NCBI GenBank assembly: GCA_963769935.1
Contig: CAVYNY010000008.1
Span: 32,001-96,000 of the forward strand
DNA: 64,000 bases
Origin: an uncultured delta proteobacterium
GTDB lineage: Bacteria; Desulfobacterota; Desulfobacteria; Desulfobacterales; JAFDCJ01
Direction: 5' to 3'
Made by a program: the position numbers and the translations under genes
Notes under the pieces: model-generated
The model's database searches: none
What the model saw: only the letters and a program-made list of their open reading frames with translations
Told to the model about the DNA's origin: nothing
Shown: in pieces, positions 53,271 to 63,579 of the stretch
How positions within the stretch are numbered: position 1 is the stretch's first letter
Layout of the letters: every line of letters begins with the position of its first letter

Positions 53271-53673
53271 GTCGCATGCATCCTTCGTCACAGTTTAACC
53301 GGTGAATCTAAAATTTGTAATATAGCTTTGTATAACTAATGCGAACCGAAAATGAAATCAAGTAGATAATTCATGGTCCGTATCTCGATTTGACGACTGT
53401 AACCGACCCCTGATCCGGGATGGTATATATACAAATCCCCGTATGGATGCGGTCCTTCTCCTGTACCGCCCAGACGTTGATGAAGCGACCGCAGGTTGCC
53501 TGATCCGTTCCCGACCAATAAAGCCACTTCGTCCCTGTGCTGAGTGAGAATTTTTCCAACAATTTTATCTACGGTCGTTTTGCTGATTTAATGATAGTTG
53601 CCGATATACATAGGCCTTCGAAAAGCTTTTTAGACAATATGTTAGCCTTTGTATATGTTTGTGGGACATGACC

Positions 53674-54882
53674 CTATCCTTTATCCCACCCGTGCAGACC
53701 CCAGTGCAGCGATATTAGAGCGAAAACGGTTAAACCCGCCGATATCATCCCCGTCAGAACAATGCCCCCGTTCAACCAGATCGGTCCTCCGATCAGGGCC
53801 CCGACTATTCTTCCCAGGCCGGCGGCTGCAAAGAAGCCGGCGATGATGGTAGCCCGCATTTCGGGCCGCAATTCCGTGCATAGGGCAACGCTGGATATAA
53901 TCGTAAATTCAAATATTAAAAAGTGAACAAACAAAGCAGCCAGTGCCAGATAAAATGATTGACTGACAAACGGCAGCAGACCATAGGTTATGATACAAAA
54001 CATGACCCCGAGGGTAACAACCCGCTTCAGGCCGAATCGATCGGATATCGTGGCGACCATGATCTCCCCCGCCAGTTCGGCGAGCCCAATGACACTGGTT
54101 CCCAGACCCAGCGCAACGATCCCCACATCAAACGCTTTTTCCAGCCAGGCCCCATAAATCACAAAAAGATTGTCGACCGCCGCACTGAAGAAAAGTACAT
54201 AGCCCATTGCACCCAGTGAGGATTTGTCTTTCAGCAGAATTTGCATCATCTTTAGAAAAGGCTGCGCCGCAACCGGCTTTGATTCGAATTTTTCAGTCTT
54301 GGGAAAAAAGATAGCCATAGCGAGAGCACCCAGGATTCCCATAGCCCCCATGGCAAAGAAAGGTGACCGCCAGCCCACATTGTCTATTAGAAGCGCAATT
54401 AATGGTATCCCGAGCAAGGTGCTCCCGGCCCAGCTTATTTCAATAAAACCAATGGCCGTTCCGCGGCGTTGATAAGGCACCCGTTCACTGATATAGGCCT
54501 GAACTGCCGGGTCAAAAATGATTTTTCCCATTCCTGCCAGAAACAAAGCTACTATCATAATGCCGTAGAAAGGCAAAAATCCGCCCGCCAGCATGCCGAC
54601 TGCCAGCAGAACCAAGCCGATAATCATCATCTTGCGGTAGCCGAATCGATCTGCAACCGGACCGAGGACGATGCCCAACAAAGAGGTGGACCAGTTTACC
54701 GCAATCAGGGAGGTAATGGCTGTCAGCGGCACCCCCAGTTCCCGGCTCAGAACGGGTGCAAAGGGATAGGTAAAGCGACGAGCCGTATTCAGGACCAGTC
54801 GGCAGAATACCACGACGCCGATTTTCATTATCAGTCGCGATCGGGGTTCACGTTGAGCGGTATTAGTTTCTGTTTGCGGCAT
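53674..54882 (-). CDS. MFS transporter
   Basis: GPVADRFGYRK and SDRFGLKR motif A repeats; about 12 hydrophobic segments. Confidence 0.88.
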   Translation of the reverse strand: MPQTETNTAQREPRSRLIMKIGVVVFCRLVLNTARRFTYPFAPVLSRELGVPLTAITSLIAVNWSTSLLGIVLGPVADRFGYRKMMIIGLVLLAVGMLAGGFLPFYGIMIVALFLAGMGKIIFDPAVQAYISERVPYQRRGTAIGFIEISWAGSTLLGIPLIALLIDNVGWRSPFFAMGAMGILGALAMAIFFPKTEKFESKPVAAQPFLKMMQILLKDKSSLGAMGYVLFFSAAVDNLFVIYGAWLEKAFDVGIVALGLGTSVIGLAELAGEIMVATISDRFGLKRVVTLGVMFCIITYGLLPFVSQSFYLALAALFVHFLIFEFTIISSVALCTELRPEMRATIIAGFFAAAGLGRIVGALIGGPIWLNGGIVLTGMISAGLTVFALISLHWGLHGWDKG

Positions 54883-55153
54883 GTTTGAAGACCGGAACCT
54901 GGCCCAAAATTTTATAGTTTGCCGGGTTCTGCTAAATTGATCGAGTCTGACAAATAGAGAAACTAGTGTCAAGCCGCGATTTAACCATATCGGAGCAACG
55001 TCAATCCGGCATGCACCCGGCTCAGATTTATAATTGCCAATCTACATATTTTCGTGATAAAAAATCTTTGACCTAATCCGATCGATTTCCAGGTATCGAG
55101 ATTCATTTCAGATGCACCGAAATACCAACTAAGATCCAACAGGAGAATCTGTT

Positions 55154-56605
55154 ATGCCAATGATGACCGCTCAACAATATGAAGAAAGCCTCAGGCGCCT
55201 GAATCTGGTCGTCTACATGTTCGGGGAAAAATTAGATAATGTTGTGGATAATCCCATCATCCGCCCCTCCATGCAGGCAGTTGCCAAAACCTACGATCTG
55301 GCGCACCGTCCCGAGCATGAAGATATCATGACCGCCACCTCTCACCTCAGCGGCAATAAAATAAACCGCTTCACCCACATCCATCAAAGCCTCGATGATC
55401 TGGTAAAAAAAAGCAAAATGGGAAGGCTGCTGGGACGGGAAACCGGATGCTGCTTTCAACGCTGTGTGGGGATGGATGCGCTGAATGTGCTGTCTATTGT
55501 CACCTACAATATGGATAAGGAACTGGGCACCGAATACACCCCGCGTTTCCTGAAGTATCTTGGATATGTCCAGGAGAATGATTTTACCTGCGACGGTGCC
55601 ATGACCGACCCGAAGGGAGACCGGAGTCTACCGCCCCACCGGCAGCCTGATCCCGACCACTATCTGCATGTTGTCGCGGAAAGAGAAGACGGCATTGTTG
55701 TCCGGGGCGCCAAGGCCCATCAAACCGGTGCAGTCAATTCCCATGAGATCATCGTAATGCCGACCGTTGCCATGCGCGAGGAAGATAAAGACTACGCCGT
55801 TTCGTTTGCCCTGCCCGCCGATGCCGAGGGAATCGTCTACATTATGGGCCGCCAGTCCTGTGATACCCGCAAACTGGAAGAAGGGGTGCTGGATCGCGGG
55901 AATATCTTTTTCGGCGGGCATGAAGCCCTGGTAATCTTCGACGACGTGTTTGTCCCCTGGGACCGCGTGTTTATGTATAAAGAATATAATTTCGTCGGCC
56001 AGCTGGTTGAAAAATTTGCCGCCTATCACCGGCAAAGCTATGCCTGCAAGGTCGGCGTGGGCGATGTGCTGATCGGTGCCGCCCAGACGGCTGCGGAGTA
56101 CAACAATGTCGCCCAGGCCTCCCATATCAAAGATAAAATTATCGAGATGAATCACCTGAACGAAACCCTGTACTGCGGCTGCATTGCCTGTGCATCGGAA
56201 GGCTTCCGCGAACACTGCGGCACCTATTCCGTGAATTCGCTGCTGGCCAACATTCACAAACAAAATGTAACCCGTTTCCCATATGAAATTTCGCGTCTGG
56301 CGCAGGACATTGCCGGCGGGCTGATGGTCACGCTGCCCTCCGAGCAGGATCTGACGTCGCCGGAAACAGGCAAATGGCTGGAAAAATATTATACGGCCAG
56401 CTGTGATGTGCCGGCCATCAACCGGATGCGCGTATTGAGATTAATCGAAAACATCACCCTGGGAACAGCCGCCGTCGGCTATCTGACGGAATCCATGCAC
56501 GGCGCCGGCTCCCCCCAGGCCCAGCGGATTATGATTTCACGCCTGGTCAATATGGCGGAAAAGAAGAGAGCGGCGAAAAAATTGTGCGGAATTGAGGAAG
56601 AATGA
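55154..56605 (+). CDS. abfD: 4-hydroxybutyryl-CoA dehydratase / vinylacetyl-CoA isomerase
   Basis: CFQRCVGMDA, MTDPKGDRS, GAKAHQTG, YHRQSYACK, ESMHGAGSPQAQR. Confidence 0.92.
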   Translation: MPMMTAQQYEESLRRLNLVVYMFGEKLDNVVDNPIIRPSMQAVAKTYDLAHRPEHEDIMTATSHLSGNKINRFTHIHQSLDDLVKKSKMGRLLGRETGCCFQRCVGMDALNVLSIVTYNMDKELGTEYTPRFLKYLGYVQENDFTCDGAMTDPKGDRSLPPHRQPDPDHYLHVVAEREDGIVVRGAKAHQTGAVNSHEIIVMPTVAMREEDKDYAVSFALPADAEGIVYIMGRQSCDTRKLEEGVLDRGNIFFGGHEALVIFDDVFVPWDRVFMYKEYNFVGQLVEKFAAYHRQSYACKVGVGDVLIGAAQTAAEYNNVAQASHIKDKIIEMNHLNETLYCGCIACASEGFREHCGTYSVNSLLANIHKQNVTRFPYEISRLAQDIAGGLMVTLPSEQDLTSPETGKWLEKYYTASCDVPAINRMRVLRLIENITLGTAAVGYLTESMHGAGSPQAQRIMISRLVNMAEKKRAAKKLCGIEEE

Positions 56606-56621
56606 ACTCAATAAACTAACA

Positions 56622-56897
56622 ATGCTAAAGGTTGGGCTGAAATACTGCGGGGGGTGCAATCCCGGGTATGATCGGGTTGCGTTGGCAGCGTATATCGAAA
56701 AAAGTCTGCACGGGAGAGCTGAATTCGTGCCCCTGGACCATGAGCATCTCGATTTGGTTCTGGTAGTGGAAGGATGCAAAACCTGCTGCGCCGATTTAAG
56801 CTCATTTGAAGGCAAACAGGTTTTTTTCATCGCTCAAATCCAAGACGCCGGAAAATTTCTGCAAGAATTCTTAAACGAAGAGCTGTTTTTGCGGTAG
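56622..56897 (+). CDS. Small Cys-rich protein (KYCGGCNP motif)
   Basis: VGLKYCGGCNPGYDR and GCKTCCA; starts 16 bp after abfD. Confidence 0.7.
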   Translation: MLKVGLKYCGGCNPGYDRVALAAYIEKSLHGRAEFVPLDHEHLDLVLVVEGCKTCCADLSSFEGKQVFFIAQIQDAGKFLQEFLNEELFLR

Positions 56898-56992
56898 CAT
56901 CTGGAAATCGTGAAAAAACAAGTTCATCCCGTAAATCCTATTAGATAAAAAATACATAAAATGAATCCAATCCTTTACTCCGAAATCCGCAA

Positions 56993-58543
56993 TCATAATT
57001 GCATCTCAATCAAATGCGGCCCCGGCTCGGCCAGCGCCCTTTTAAATTCCCTCAGCATTGCTTCACAACTATCCACCGCAGCCGCCGGCACACCCATCCC
57101 TTTGCTGATCTGCACCCAGTCGATGGCCGGATGGCTTAAATCCGTCAAGGTTTGGGCGTAGCGCCCCGGGGAAGTGATGCCGGAGCGGGCGATTTCAATG
57201 TTTAATATGTTATAACTGCGGTTGGAACAGATGAGGGTGGTGATGTTTAACCCTTCGCGTGCCTGCATCCACAGGGCCTGCACGGTGTACATGGCGCTGC
57301 CGTCGGACTGAAAGTCGATTACCGGCCGCTGAGGGCAGGCGATAGCGGCGCCCACGGCGCAGGGCATGCCGTACCCGATGGCGCCCCCGGGAAGCATCAG
57401 CAGTGTGTGGGGCGGCAGACTGGGCCCCAGGGGGAAATAGGCGCCCCCGGATGTAATGGACTCATTGACGATAATTGCATGTTCGGGCTGCAACGCGGCC
57501 AGAATGCGGCAAGCATTCTGCGCCGTCAATTTGCCTTTTGGAAGATTGGGACGCTCAACCTGCGAAAAGCCGGCTGCCGCAGCATCGACCCTGCCGGATG
57601 CCCCCAGCGCCTCGGCCAGATTTTCCAGCGCCTGCGGCAGGTTCTTATCAGCCGCCTTGATTTTACAAATATCCTGCTCATCGTTGAGAAGTCGGCTGGC
57701 ATACCCCTGCCAGCCGAAAAAGGTCACCGGTTCAGGGGCGCCCGCCAGCACGATCGTCTGGTACCTGGACAACAGATCCAGGGCCTGTCGGGGAAAATAG
57801 GGTATGAATTCGGTCGCAGCAATTCCGACACCCCGTTCCATGCGGGCCGGCGCACGTTCCGAAATTAGGTCACAGCCGCTTTTGGCTTTAATGCGGGCGG
57901 CAGCCGCCAGACCTCTTTGACGCAGCGCCCGGCCGCCCAGAATGAGGGCGGCTTTTTGATCGGTGCGCAGCAGATCCGCAGCGCGTTCGATGGAATTGTT
58001 ATCAGTGGAAGCGTCTGCAATCTCCAGCTGGTGGATTTTTTTAACCGAACTTTCTGACCATTGGACATCACTGGGTACGATTAAGGTTGCCACTTTGCCC
58101 TGCAGCGCCGCGGCAATGGCATCGGCGGTATCCCTTGATAAATTTTGAGGAGCGGTGCTGGTACGCTGCCAGCCGGAAACCGTTTCTGCGAGTGTAACAA
58201 TGTCCATACTCAACGGCGCATCCGCCGACCGGTGCCAGCTTGCATGTTCCCCGATCACGTTGAATACCGGTGTACGTGCCCGGCGGGCATTGTGCAAGTT
58301 GGCTATGCCGTTGCCCAAACCCGGTCCCAGATGAAGCAGGGTCATGGCCGGTTTGTCCGCCATCCGGCCATAGCCGTCGGCCGCCCCGGTACAGCAACCT
58401 TCAAATAGGCCCAGAATCGGCCGAATACCGGCAACTGAATCAAATGCGCACACCAGCGGCATTTCGGTGGTGCCCGGATTGGTAAAACAGAATTCGACCC
58501 CGGCGTTTACGGCCGTCTTTAGGAGGATTTCTGCTCCGGTCAT
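56993..58543 (-). CDS. Thiamine diphosphate-dependent enzyme (acetolactate synthase large subunit / benzoylformate decarboxylase-like)
   Basis: NPGTTEM, LFEG...GAADGY.R, LLHLGPG, SDGSAMY..N (ThDP motif). Confidence 0.88.
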   Translation of the reverse strand: MTGAEILLKTAVNAGVEFCFTNPGTTEMPLVCAFDSVAGIRPILGLFEGCCTGAADGYGRMADKPAMTLLHLGPGLGNGIANLHNARRARTPVFNVIGEHASWHRSADAPLSMDIVTLAETVSGWQRTSTAPQNLSRDTADAIAAALQGKVATLIVPSDVQWSESSVKKIHQLEIADASTDNNSIERAADLLRTDQKAALILGGRALRQRGLAAAARIKAKSGCDLISERAPARMERGVGIAATEFIPYFPRQALDLLSRYQTIVLAGAPEPVTFFGWQGYASRLLNDEQDICKIKAADKNLPQALENLAEALGASGRVDAAAAGFSQVERPNLPKGKLTAQNACRILAALQPEHAIIVNESITSGGAYFPLGPSLPPHTLLMLPGGAIGYGMPCAVGAAIACPQRPVIDFQSDGSAMYTVQALWMQAREGLNITTLICSNRSYNILNIEIARSGITSPGRYAQTLTDLSHPAIDWVQISKGMGVPAAAVDSCEAMLREFKRALAEPGPHLIEMQL

Positions 58544-58729
58544 AATTGCTCCTTATTTTGAAAAGCCTAACAATACTCTACGTTAAATACATGTTAAGTA
58601 ATTCCGAGATTGTTCGATGACCGTGGCCGTTGTATGTTGTACGTTGTTTGTTGTATGTTGGAAGTTGTTTCATATGCCTGCCCGCAACGCGTAACTCGCG
58701 CCCCGCAACTCGCACCCCGCAGCCCGCCA

Positions 58730-60835
58730 TCATTCCACGATGATCGTCGCATCCACGGCGATCGGAAGACCTTCGCTGACGATCAAAGGATTGATGTCAA
58801 TTTCTTTTATCCGGGGAAAAGAGACTCCCAGATCGCCGAGTCGCACCAGAATATCTGCCAGGGCATCCCGATCGACGGGGGCAAAACCGCGAAAGCCGTT
58901 TAGAATTTTTTGGGTTTTTAAGCGGTCAATCAAGTCAAGGGCTTCCGAATGAGATAATGGCGCTGCGGCAAAGACACTGTCCGCCAATACTTCGGCAAAA
59001 ATACCGCCAAGCCCGCACATGACACACGGACCGAACTGAGGATCACGAATCAAGCCTGCAATTAGTTCCGGGGAACCCTGTATCTGTCTCTGGACGAGTA
59101 CGGTGCCTTTGTCAGCCATTATTTTCTGCAGTTCAATAAATGCAGTTTCAACCTCGGCCTCGGAAGATATGCCCGTGCGGACCAGACCCAATTCGGTTTT
59201 GTGCATTTCTCCCGGTAAAAGCCCCTTTATAACAACCGGGAAACCCAGAGCGCCGGCAATTTCTTTTGCAGCAGCTGCGGAAGCTGCAATCCGCTCTTCG
59301 ACCACAGGAATATTGCACAACGTCAGGATCTGCTTGGAATTATGTTCATCAAGCACCCCGCTCGCATCCTTTAAGCGTTTATTTAATTTTTCCCCGGCTG
59401 CACCATTTGATTCCGTCGAAGACGCCCGGCTGCCACCGAATTCAGATAATTTCCGGTGCAAAATAACTGCTGCCATGCATTCGACCGCCCGGTAGAGTTC
59501 GCCGAATACCGGGAGCCCCACTTGCCGGGCGTGCATCTGAAATTTGTGGGCCGCGTCCCGCGTTCCCATAACCCAGCCGAACAAGGGTTTGCGGGCTCGC
59601 CGGGCCGTTTCAACCATCTTTGGCAGGTCGATACCCGACGCGGAACCGCCGACAAAGCCGTGAAATAAAACCGCATCAACGTTGGGGTCGCTGCAGACAG
59701 CCTGAAAAGCCTCGCTATAAGCCTTTTTGCGTCCGTGAAGTTCGACGGCCGGCCACAGGTCCACAGGATTGGAAACCGGCATCCAGACCGGATATATTCC
59801 CTTGAGTTGCTCAATGGTGACGGCCGAAAGATCGGCCACCGCCAACCCATGCCGTTCGATAAAATCAGCGGAAAGAATCCCGGCGGCTCCGCTCATTGTC
59901 AAAACGGCTACTCGCCGGCTGTTGCGGGGGGAAACTTCCGGATAATTTGCCAGCGAGCGGCACACGTCCATCATCTGTTTGAAATCGTAGGCTTCCACCA
60001 CGCCGACCTGGGCCAGCGCCCCGCCGACAACCGCCCCGTTGCCGGCCAGACTGGCGGTGTGACTGAGAGCCGCTTCAGCGCCCTTTTTACTCTTGCCGCC
60101 TCGCAGGACGACGATCGGTTTTCCAGCGTGCCGGCAAAGATCGATAAACCGCCTCCCGTCCGGTATCGATTCAAGGTAGAGCCCGATGACACCCGTCCCG
60201 GGATCATCAATCAGATACTCCAGCAAATCACATTCATTCACATCGGCTTTGTTTCCGATGGAGCAGGCCTTGCTGATTCCCATGAGGCCATTGGTCATAA
60301 TGTCAATCAGAAATCCGGCCGACAGCATACCGCTTTGCACCACCAAGGACACGCTGCCGGCAATCAGACCCTGCTCCCAGACGGCCGGCAGCACAAAGGA
60401 GAACACCAGATCGTGAACCGCATCGACCAGCCCCATGCAATTGGGTCCCCAGATCCTGATCCCCGTTTCTTTATGTATCTCGATGATACTTTCCTGCAAT
60501 CGCTTACCATCTTCGCCGCTTTCGGCAAATCCTCCGGATTCGATCATAACGCCCGGAATACCGCGTTCGGCGCATTCGCGCAACACCCCGGGAACCAGAG
60601 GTGCCGGCACAAATATAACAGCCAGATCCACCGGATCCGGCACGTCTAAAACCGATGGGTAGCATTTCAATCCGTCTATCTCGGGATAAGCCGGATTTAC
60701 CGGATAGATGCCGCCTTTAAACCCTTTCCTGACATTGTTGAGTATGAAGGATCCTCCTTTGGAGGGATTGGCAGAAGCGCCAATTATGGCGACACCTTTG
60801 GGTTTGAAGAAAAACTCCATAAATTTCTGCTCCAT
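58730..60835 (-). CDS. ADP-forming acyl-CoA synthetase (CoA-binding + ATP-grasp)
   Basis: IIGAS, YPVNP, GPNCMG, SHTASLAG (phospho-His), HKTELG, RDPQFGP, EIDINPL. Confidence 0.9.
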   Translation of the reverse strand: MEQKFMEFFFKPKGVAIIGASANPSKGGSFILNNVRKGFKGGIYPVNPAYPEIDGLKCYPSVLDVPDPVDLAVIFVPAPLVPGVLRECAERGIPGVMIESGGFAESGEDGKRLQESIIEIHKETGIRIWGPNCMGLVDAVHDLVFSFVLPAVWEQGLIAGSVSLVVQSGMLSAGFLIDIMTNGLMGISKACSIGNKADVNECDLLEYLIDDPGTGVIGLYLESIPDGRRFIDLCRHAGKPIVVLRGGKSKKGAEAALSHTASLAGNGAVVGGALAQVGVVEAYDFKQMMDVCRSLANYPEVSPRNSRRVAVLTMSGAAGILSADFIERHGLAVADLSAVTIEQLKGIYPVWMPVSNPVDLWPAVELHGRKKAYSEAFQAVCSDPNVDAVLFHGFVGGSASGIDLPKMVETARRARKPLFGWVMGTRDAAHKFQMHARQVGLPVFGELYRAVECMAAVILHRKLSEFGGSRASSTESNGAAGEKLNKRLKDASGVLDEHNSKQILTLCNIPVVEERIAASAAAAKEIAGALGFPVVIKGLLPGEMHKTELGLVRTGISSEAEVETAFIELQKIMADKGTVLVQRQIQGSPELIAGLIRDPQFGPCVMCGLGGIFAEVLADSVFAAAPLSHSEALDLIDRLKTQKILNGFRGFAPVDRDALADILVRLGDLGVSFPRIKEIDINPLIVSEGLPIAVDATIIVE

Positions 60836-60839
60836 AAAT

Positions 60840-61625
60840 TTACTTGAATCTGGAAAAATCAGGTTTGCGGCGCTCAAAAAAAGCCGTTAACGCCTCATCA
60901 CATTCGCCGGAATTCAGCCTTTCCGAAAACTGTTTTCTCTCTTCAGTCATAGTATCAACAATGGTTTGGGAAATGGATTTTTTGAGCAGCGCTTTGGTTA
61001 TGCGCACGGACGCCGGCGGCTGTTGGGCCAGGATTACGGCCTGGGCGAGGGCCTTATCGATATACTCCGAATCGGGATAAACAGCGTTTACCAATCCGAT
61101 TTCAAAAGCTTTGGCTGCCGAAAAAGCTTCGCCGAGCAGCAGTAATTCAGATGCCCGCTGGTGTCCGACCAATTTGGGCAACAGGAAACTGGATGCTGCC
61201 TCCGGGCAAAGCCCCAAAGCGACGAACGGCATGCGAAATTGCGCGCCTTCACCGGCATAAACCAGATCACAGTGAAGCAGCATGGTCGTACCCACACCCA
61301 CGGCCACCCCCCCGACAGCAGCCACGATGGGTTTTCTCGCCCGGCTGATGGCCGTTAAAAAATTGCTTACGTCTTTATTATCACCATCCTGACGAAAAGC
61401 TTGGAAATCTTTCAGATCATTGCCGGCAGTGAAACAATCCTGCGAACCGTGCAGAAAAATAACCCGGATATCGCTGTCCTGGTCCGCCCGGAAGATGGCA
61501 TCGGCCATGGCGGCGTACATAGCCCGGGTAAGGGCATTTTTCTTTTGCGGCCGGTTGATCCTGATTCGCAAAATCCGGTCTTGGGTCTCCGTCAATATAT
61601 CGCTAAATGTATCATCAGCAGTCAA
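60840..61625 (-). CDS. Enoyl-CoA hydratase/isomerase (delta3,delta2-isomerase-like)
   Basis: NRPQKKNAL, FTAGNDL, AVGVGTT.LLHCD, LGLCPEAASS. Confidence 0.9.
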   Translation of the reverse strand: MTADDTFSDILTETQDRILRIRINRPQKKNALTRAMYAAMADAIFRADQDSDIRVIFLHGSQDCFTAGNDLKDFQAFRQDGDNKDVSNFLTAISRARKPIVAAVGGVAVGVGTTMLLHCDLVYAGEGAQFRMPFVALGLCPEAASSFLLPKLVGHQRASELLLLGEAFSAAKAFEIGLVNAVYPDSEYIDKALAQAVILAQQPPASVRITKALLKKSISQTIVDTMTEERKQFSERLNSGECDEALTAFFERRKPDFSRFK

Positions 61626-61700
61626 TTTGACTCTCCATATGTTTAGTTGATTGAGTTGACTTGATTGATTGGTTGACTGGTTTTTAAGGAAGTAAAAACC

Positions 61701-61745
61701 ATTTTATTCCCCCTCCCTCAATCCCTCCCGCAAGGGGAGGGAAGC
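61701..61745 (+). repeat. Left inverted repeat of the DUF559 cassette
   Basis: ATTTTATTCCCCCTCCCTCAATCCCTCCCGCAAGGGGAGGGAAGC. Confidence 0.85.
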
Positions 61746-61846
61746 CATACCGTTCCGGGCGGTTCAACTTTTAATTTATAAATTTCAATCCTGCATAGTT
61801 TTATCTTACCCTCCATCGACGAGAAGGTCTATGGGAGGGGGATAAG

Positions 61847-62203
61847 TTACTGAAGACATTTTTTCCGTATCACCTCCAAGACGCCTTCCATGTTTTCAAT
61901 TACTTCGTTGTCCCAAAACCTTAACACTGTAAACCCATTTTCAGCAAGAAATCTATCTCTTTTGTTATCTTTCTCCCTATTCATCTTATGCTGGCCACCG
62001 TCCAGTTCAATCACAATTCGTTTTTCAAAACTAACAAAATCTACAATAAGATTTTCTATAGGTTGTTGCCTCCGAAACTTAATTCCCTGAAGCTGCCTCG
62101 CTCTTAGCCTATTCCAGAGTAAAGATTCGACCGCGGTAGAATTTTTTCTTAACTTCTTAGAAAAATGCGTCAGTGCAACTTTCATTATTTTTGGGCCTGG
62201 CAT
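61847..62203 (-). CDS. DUF559 / Vsr-like PD-(D/E)xK endonuclease
   Basis: LRKNSTAVE.LLW..LR.RQL.G.KFRRQ.PI...IVDF, IELDGGQH, RD.FL...GF.VLRFW. Confidence 0.92.
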   Translation of the reverse strand: MPGPKIMKVALTHFSKKLRKNSTAVESLLWNRLRARQLQGIKFRRQQPIENLIVDFVSFEKRIVIELDGGQHKMNREKDNKRDRFLAENGFTVLRFWDNEVIENMEGVLEVIRKKCLQ

Positions 62204-62249
62204 AATTTATAGTCAAGTTACTTGTATAGCTTTAGTAGGAAGCAGTATT

Positions 62250-62293
62250 GCTTCCCTCCCCTGGCGGGAGGGATTGAGGGAGGGGGATAAAAT
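62250..62293 (-). repeat. Right inverted repeat of the DUF559 cassette
   Basis: GCTTCCCTCCCCTGGCGGGAGGGATTGAGGGAGGGGGATAAAAT; reverse complement of the left arm with one mismatch and one indel. Confidence 0.85.
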
Positions 62294-62334
62294 GAAAATC
62301 ACTCCTCTAATTTATTTTATTTGACAACCAGAAT

Positions 62335-63579
62335 TTATTCTTTCCTTTCAAAAACGGCCGCAATCCCCAAACCGCCGCCGCCGCAGATGCATTCCAGGCC
62401 GTAGCGCACCCCCCGCCGTTTCATCTCATGCAGCAAGGTCACCAGCACACGGGTACCGGTGCAGGCAATGGGATGCCCGAGGGATATGCCCGAGCCGTTG
62501 ACGTTAACCTTGCCGTAATCTTGCGGTCCGACTCCCATCTGCTTTAAATCGGCCAATACCTGAGCAGCGAATGCTTCCTGGATTTCGATCAGATCGATCT
62601 GTTCGATGGTGAGCCCCGCCGTGTGCAGCGCTTTTGCTACCGCTTTCGGTACAGTTTGGTAGGTTTTGCGGGGATCATCGCCGACCACGGCACAAGATCT
62701 GACAGCGGCCAGGGGTTCGATGCCCAGCTCAGCCGCCTTGACCGCACCGGCAACAACCACCGCCGCCGCTCCGTCGTTTTCCGTTGATGAATTTCCGGCC
62801 GTGCAGACCCCGCCCAGAACCGGTTTCAGCTTGGCCAATTTTTCCAGGGTCGTATCCGGACGCGGGTTTTCATCCCGCGCGATTACCACCGGATCGCCCT
62901 TGCGCTGCGGCAATGTGACTGGCAGTATTTCATCGTCAAACTTTCCCGCAGCAGCAGCGGCACAAGCTTTCTGATGGCTGGCCAGCGACCACTGGTCGCA
63001 GGCCTCCCGTGATATATTTTCTTCTTGGGCGGCTGTTTCGGCCCACGTCATCATGGCCGGCAGGATCCCGTAGCGTTGCTCGGGTTGGGACATGACCCGG
63101 GCGCGCTGAATTCGATCATAAAACGGCAGCCCCCAGATGGACAGATTTCCGTGCCCCCGGGGCAGGCCTTTGCTTCCCCCCACACCCCACTTGATGCTCC
63201 CCGGCAGGTAGAACTCGGCGTTGCTCATGCTTTCCACCCCGCCGGCCGCAATAATTTCCGCCTGATCCGATAGAATAAGGCCGGCCGCCAGGCGGACCAC
63301 ATCCAACCCCGTGCAGCAGCGCCGATCGATCGTCAAACCCGGAATGGAATCCGGCCAACCGGCTTTCAAAAGGGCCATGCGGGCTATATTTACATATTCG
63401 CCGTTCTGATAGGCTTGGCCCATGATGACTTCATCCACCCGGTCCGGCTGCATTCCGGCCCGTTTGACGGCCTCATTGAGGACCAGGCTTGCAAGGTCAT
63501 AGGCTTCGACATCTTTGAGGGCGCCCATGTATTTGCCCACCGGGGTCCGAACTGCACTGATGATGACGGGTTGATCCAT
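62335..63579 (-). CDS. Thiolase
   Basis: DRRCCTG, TAGNSS.ENDG, EIQEAF, GHPIACTG, CGGGGLG. Confidence 0.92.
   Translation of the reverse strand: MDQPVIISAVRTPVGKYMGALKDVEAYDLASLVLNEAVKRAGMQPDRVDEVIMGQAYQNGEYVNIARMALLKAGWPDSIPGLTIDRRCCTGLDVVRLAAGLILSDQAEIIAAGGVESMSNAEFYLPGSIKWGVGGSKGLPRGHGNLSIWGLPFYDRIQRARVMSQPEQRYGILPAMMTWAETAAQEENISREACDQWSLASHQKACAAAAAGKFDDEILPVTLPQRKGDPVVIARDENPRPDTTLEKLAKLKPVLGGVCTAGNSSTENDGAAAVVVAGAVKAAELGIEPLAAVRSCAVVGDDPRKTYQTVPKAVAKALHTAGLTIEQIDLIEIQEAFAAQVLADLKQMGVGPQDYGKVNVNGSGISLGHPIACTGTRVLVTLLHEMKRRGVRYGLECICGGGGLGIAAVFERKE

Noticed and set aside
53336..53562. Two overlapping 63-aa ORFs upstream of lutC
   Set aside because: No recognisable motif or clear RBS; may be a gene remnant but cannot be supported
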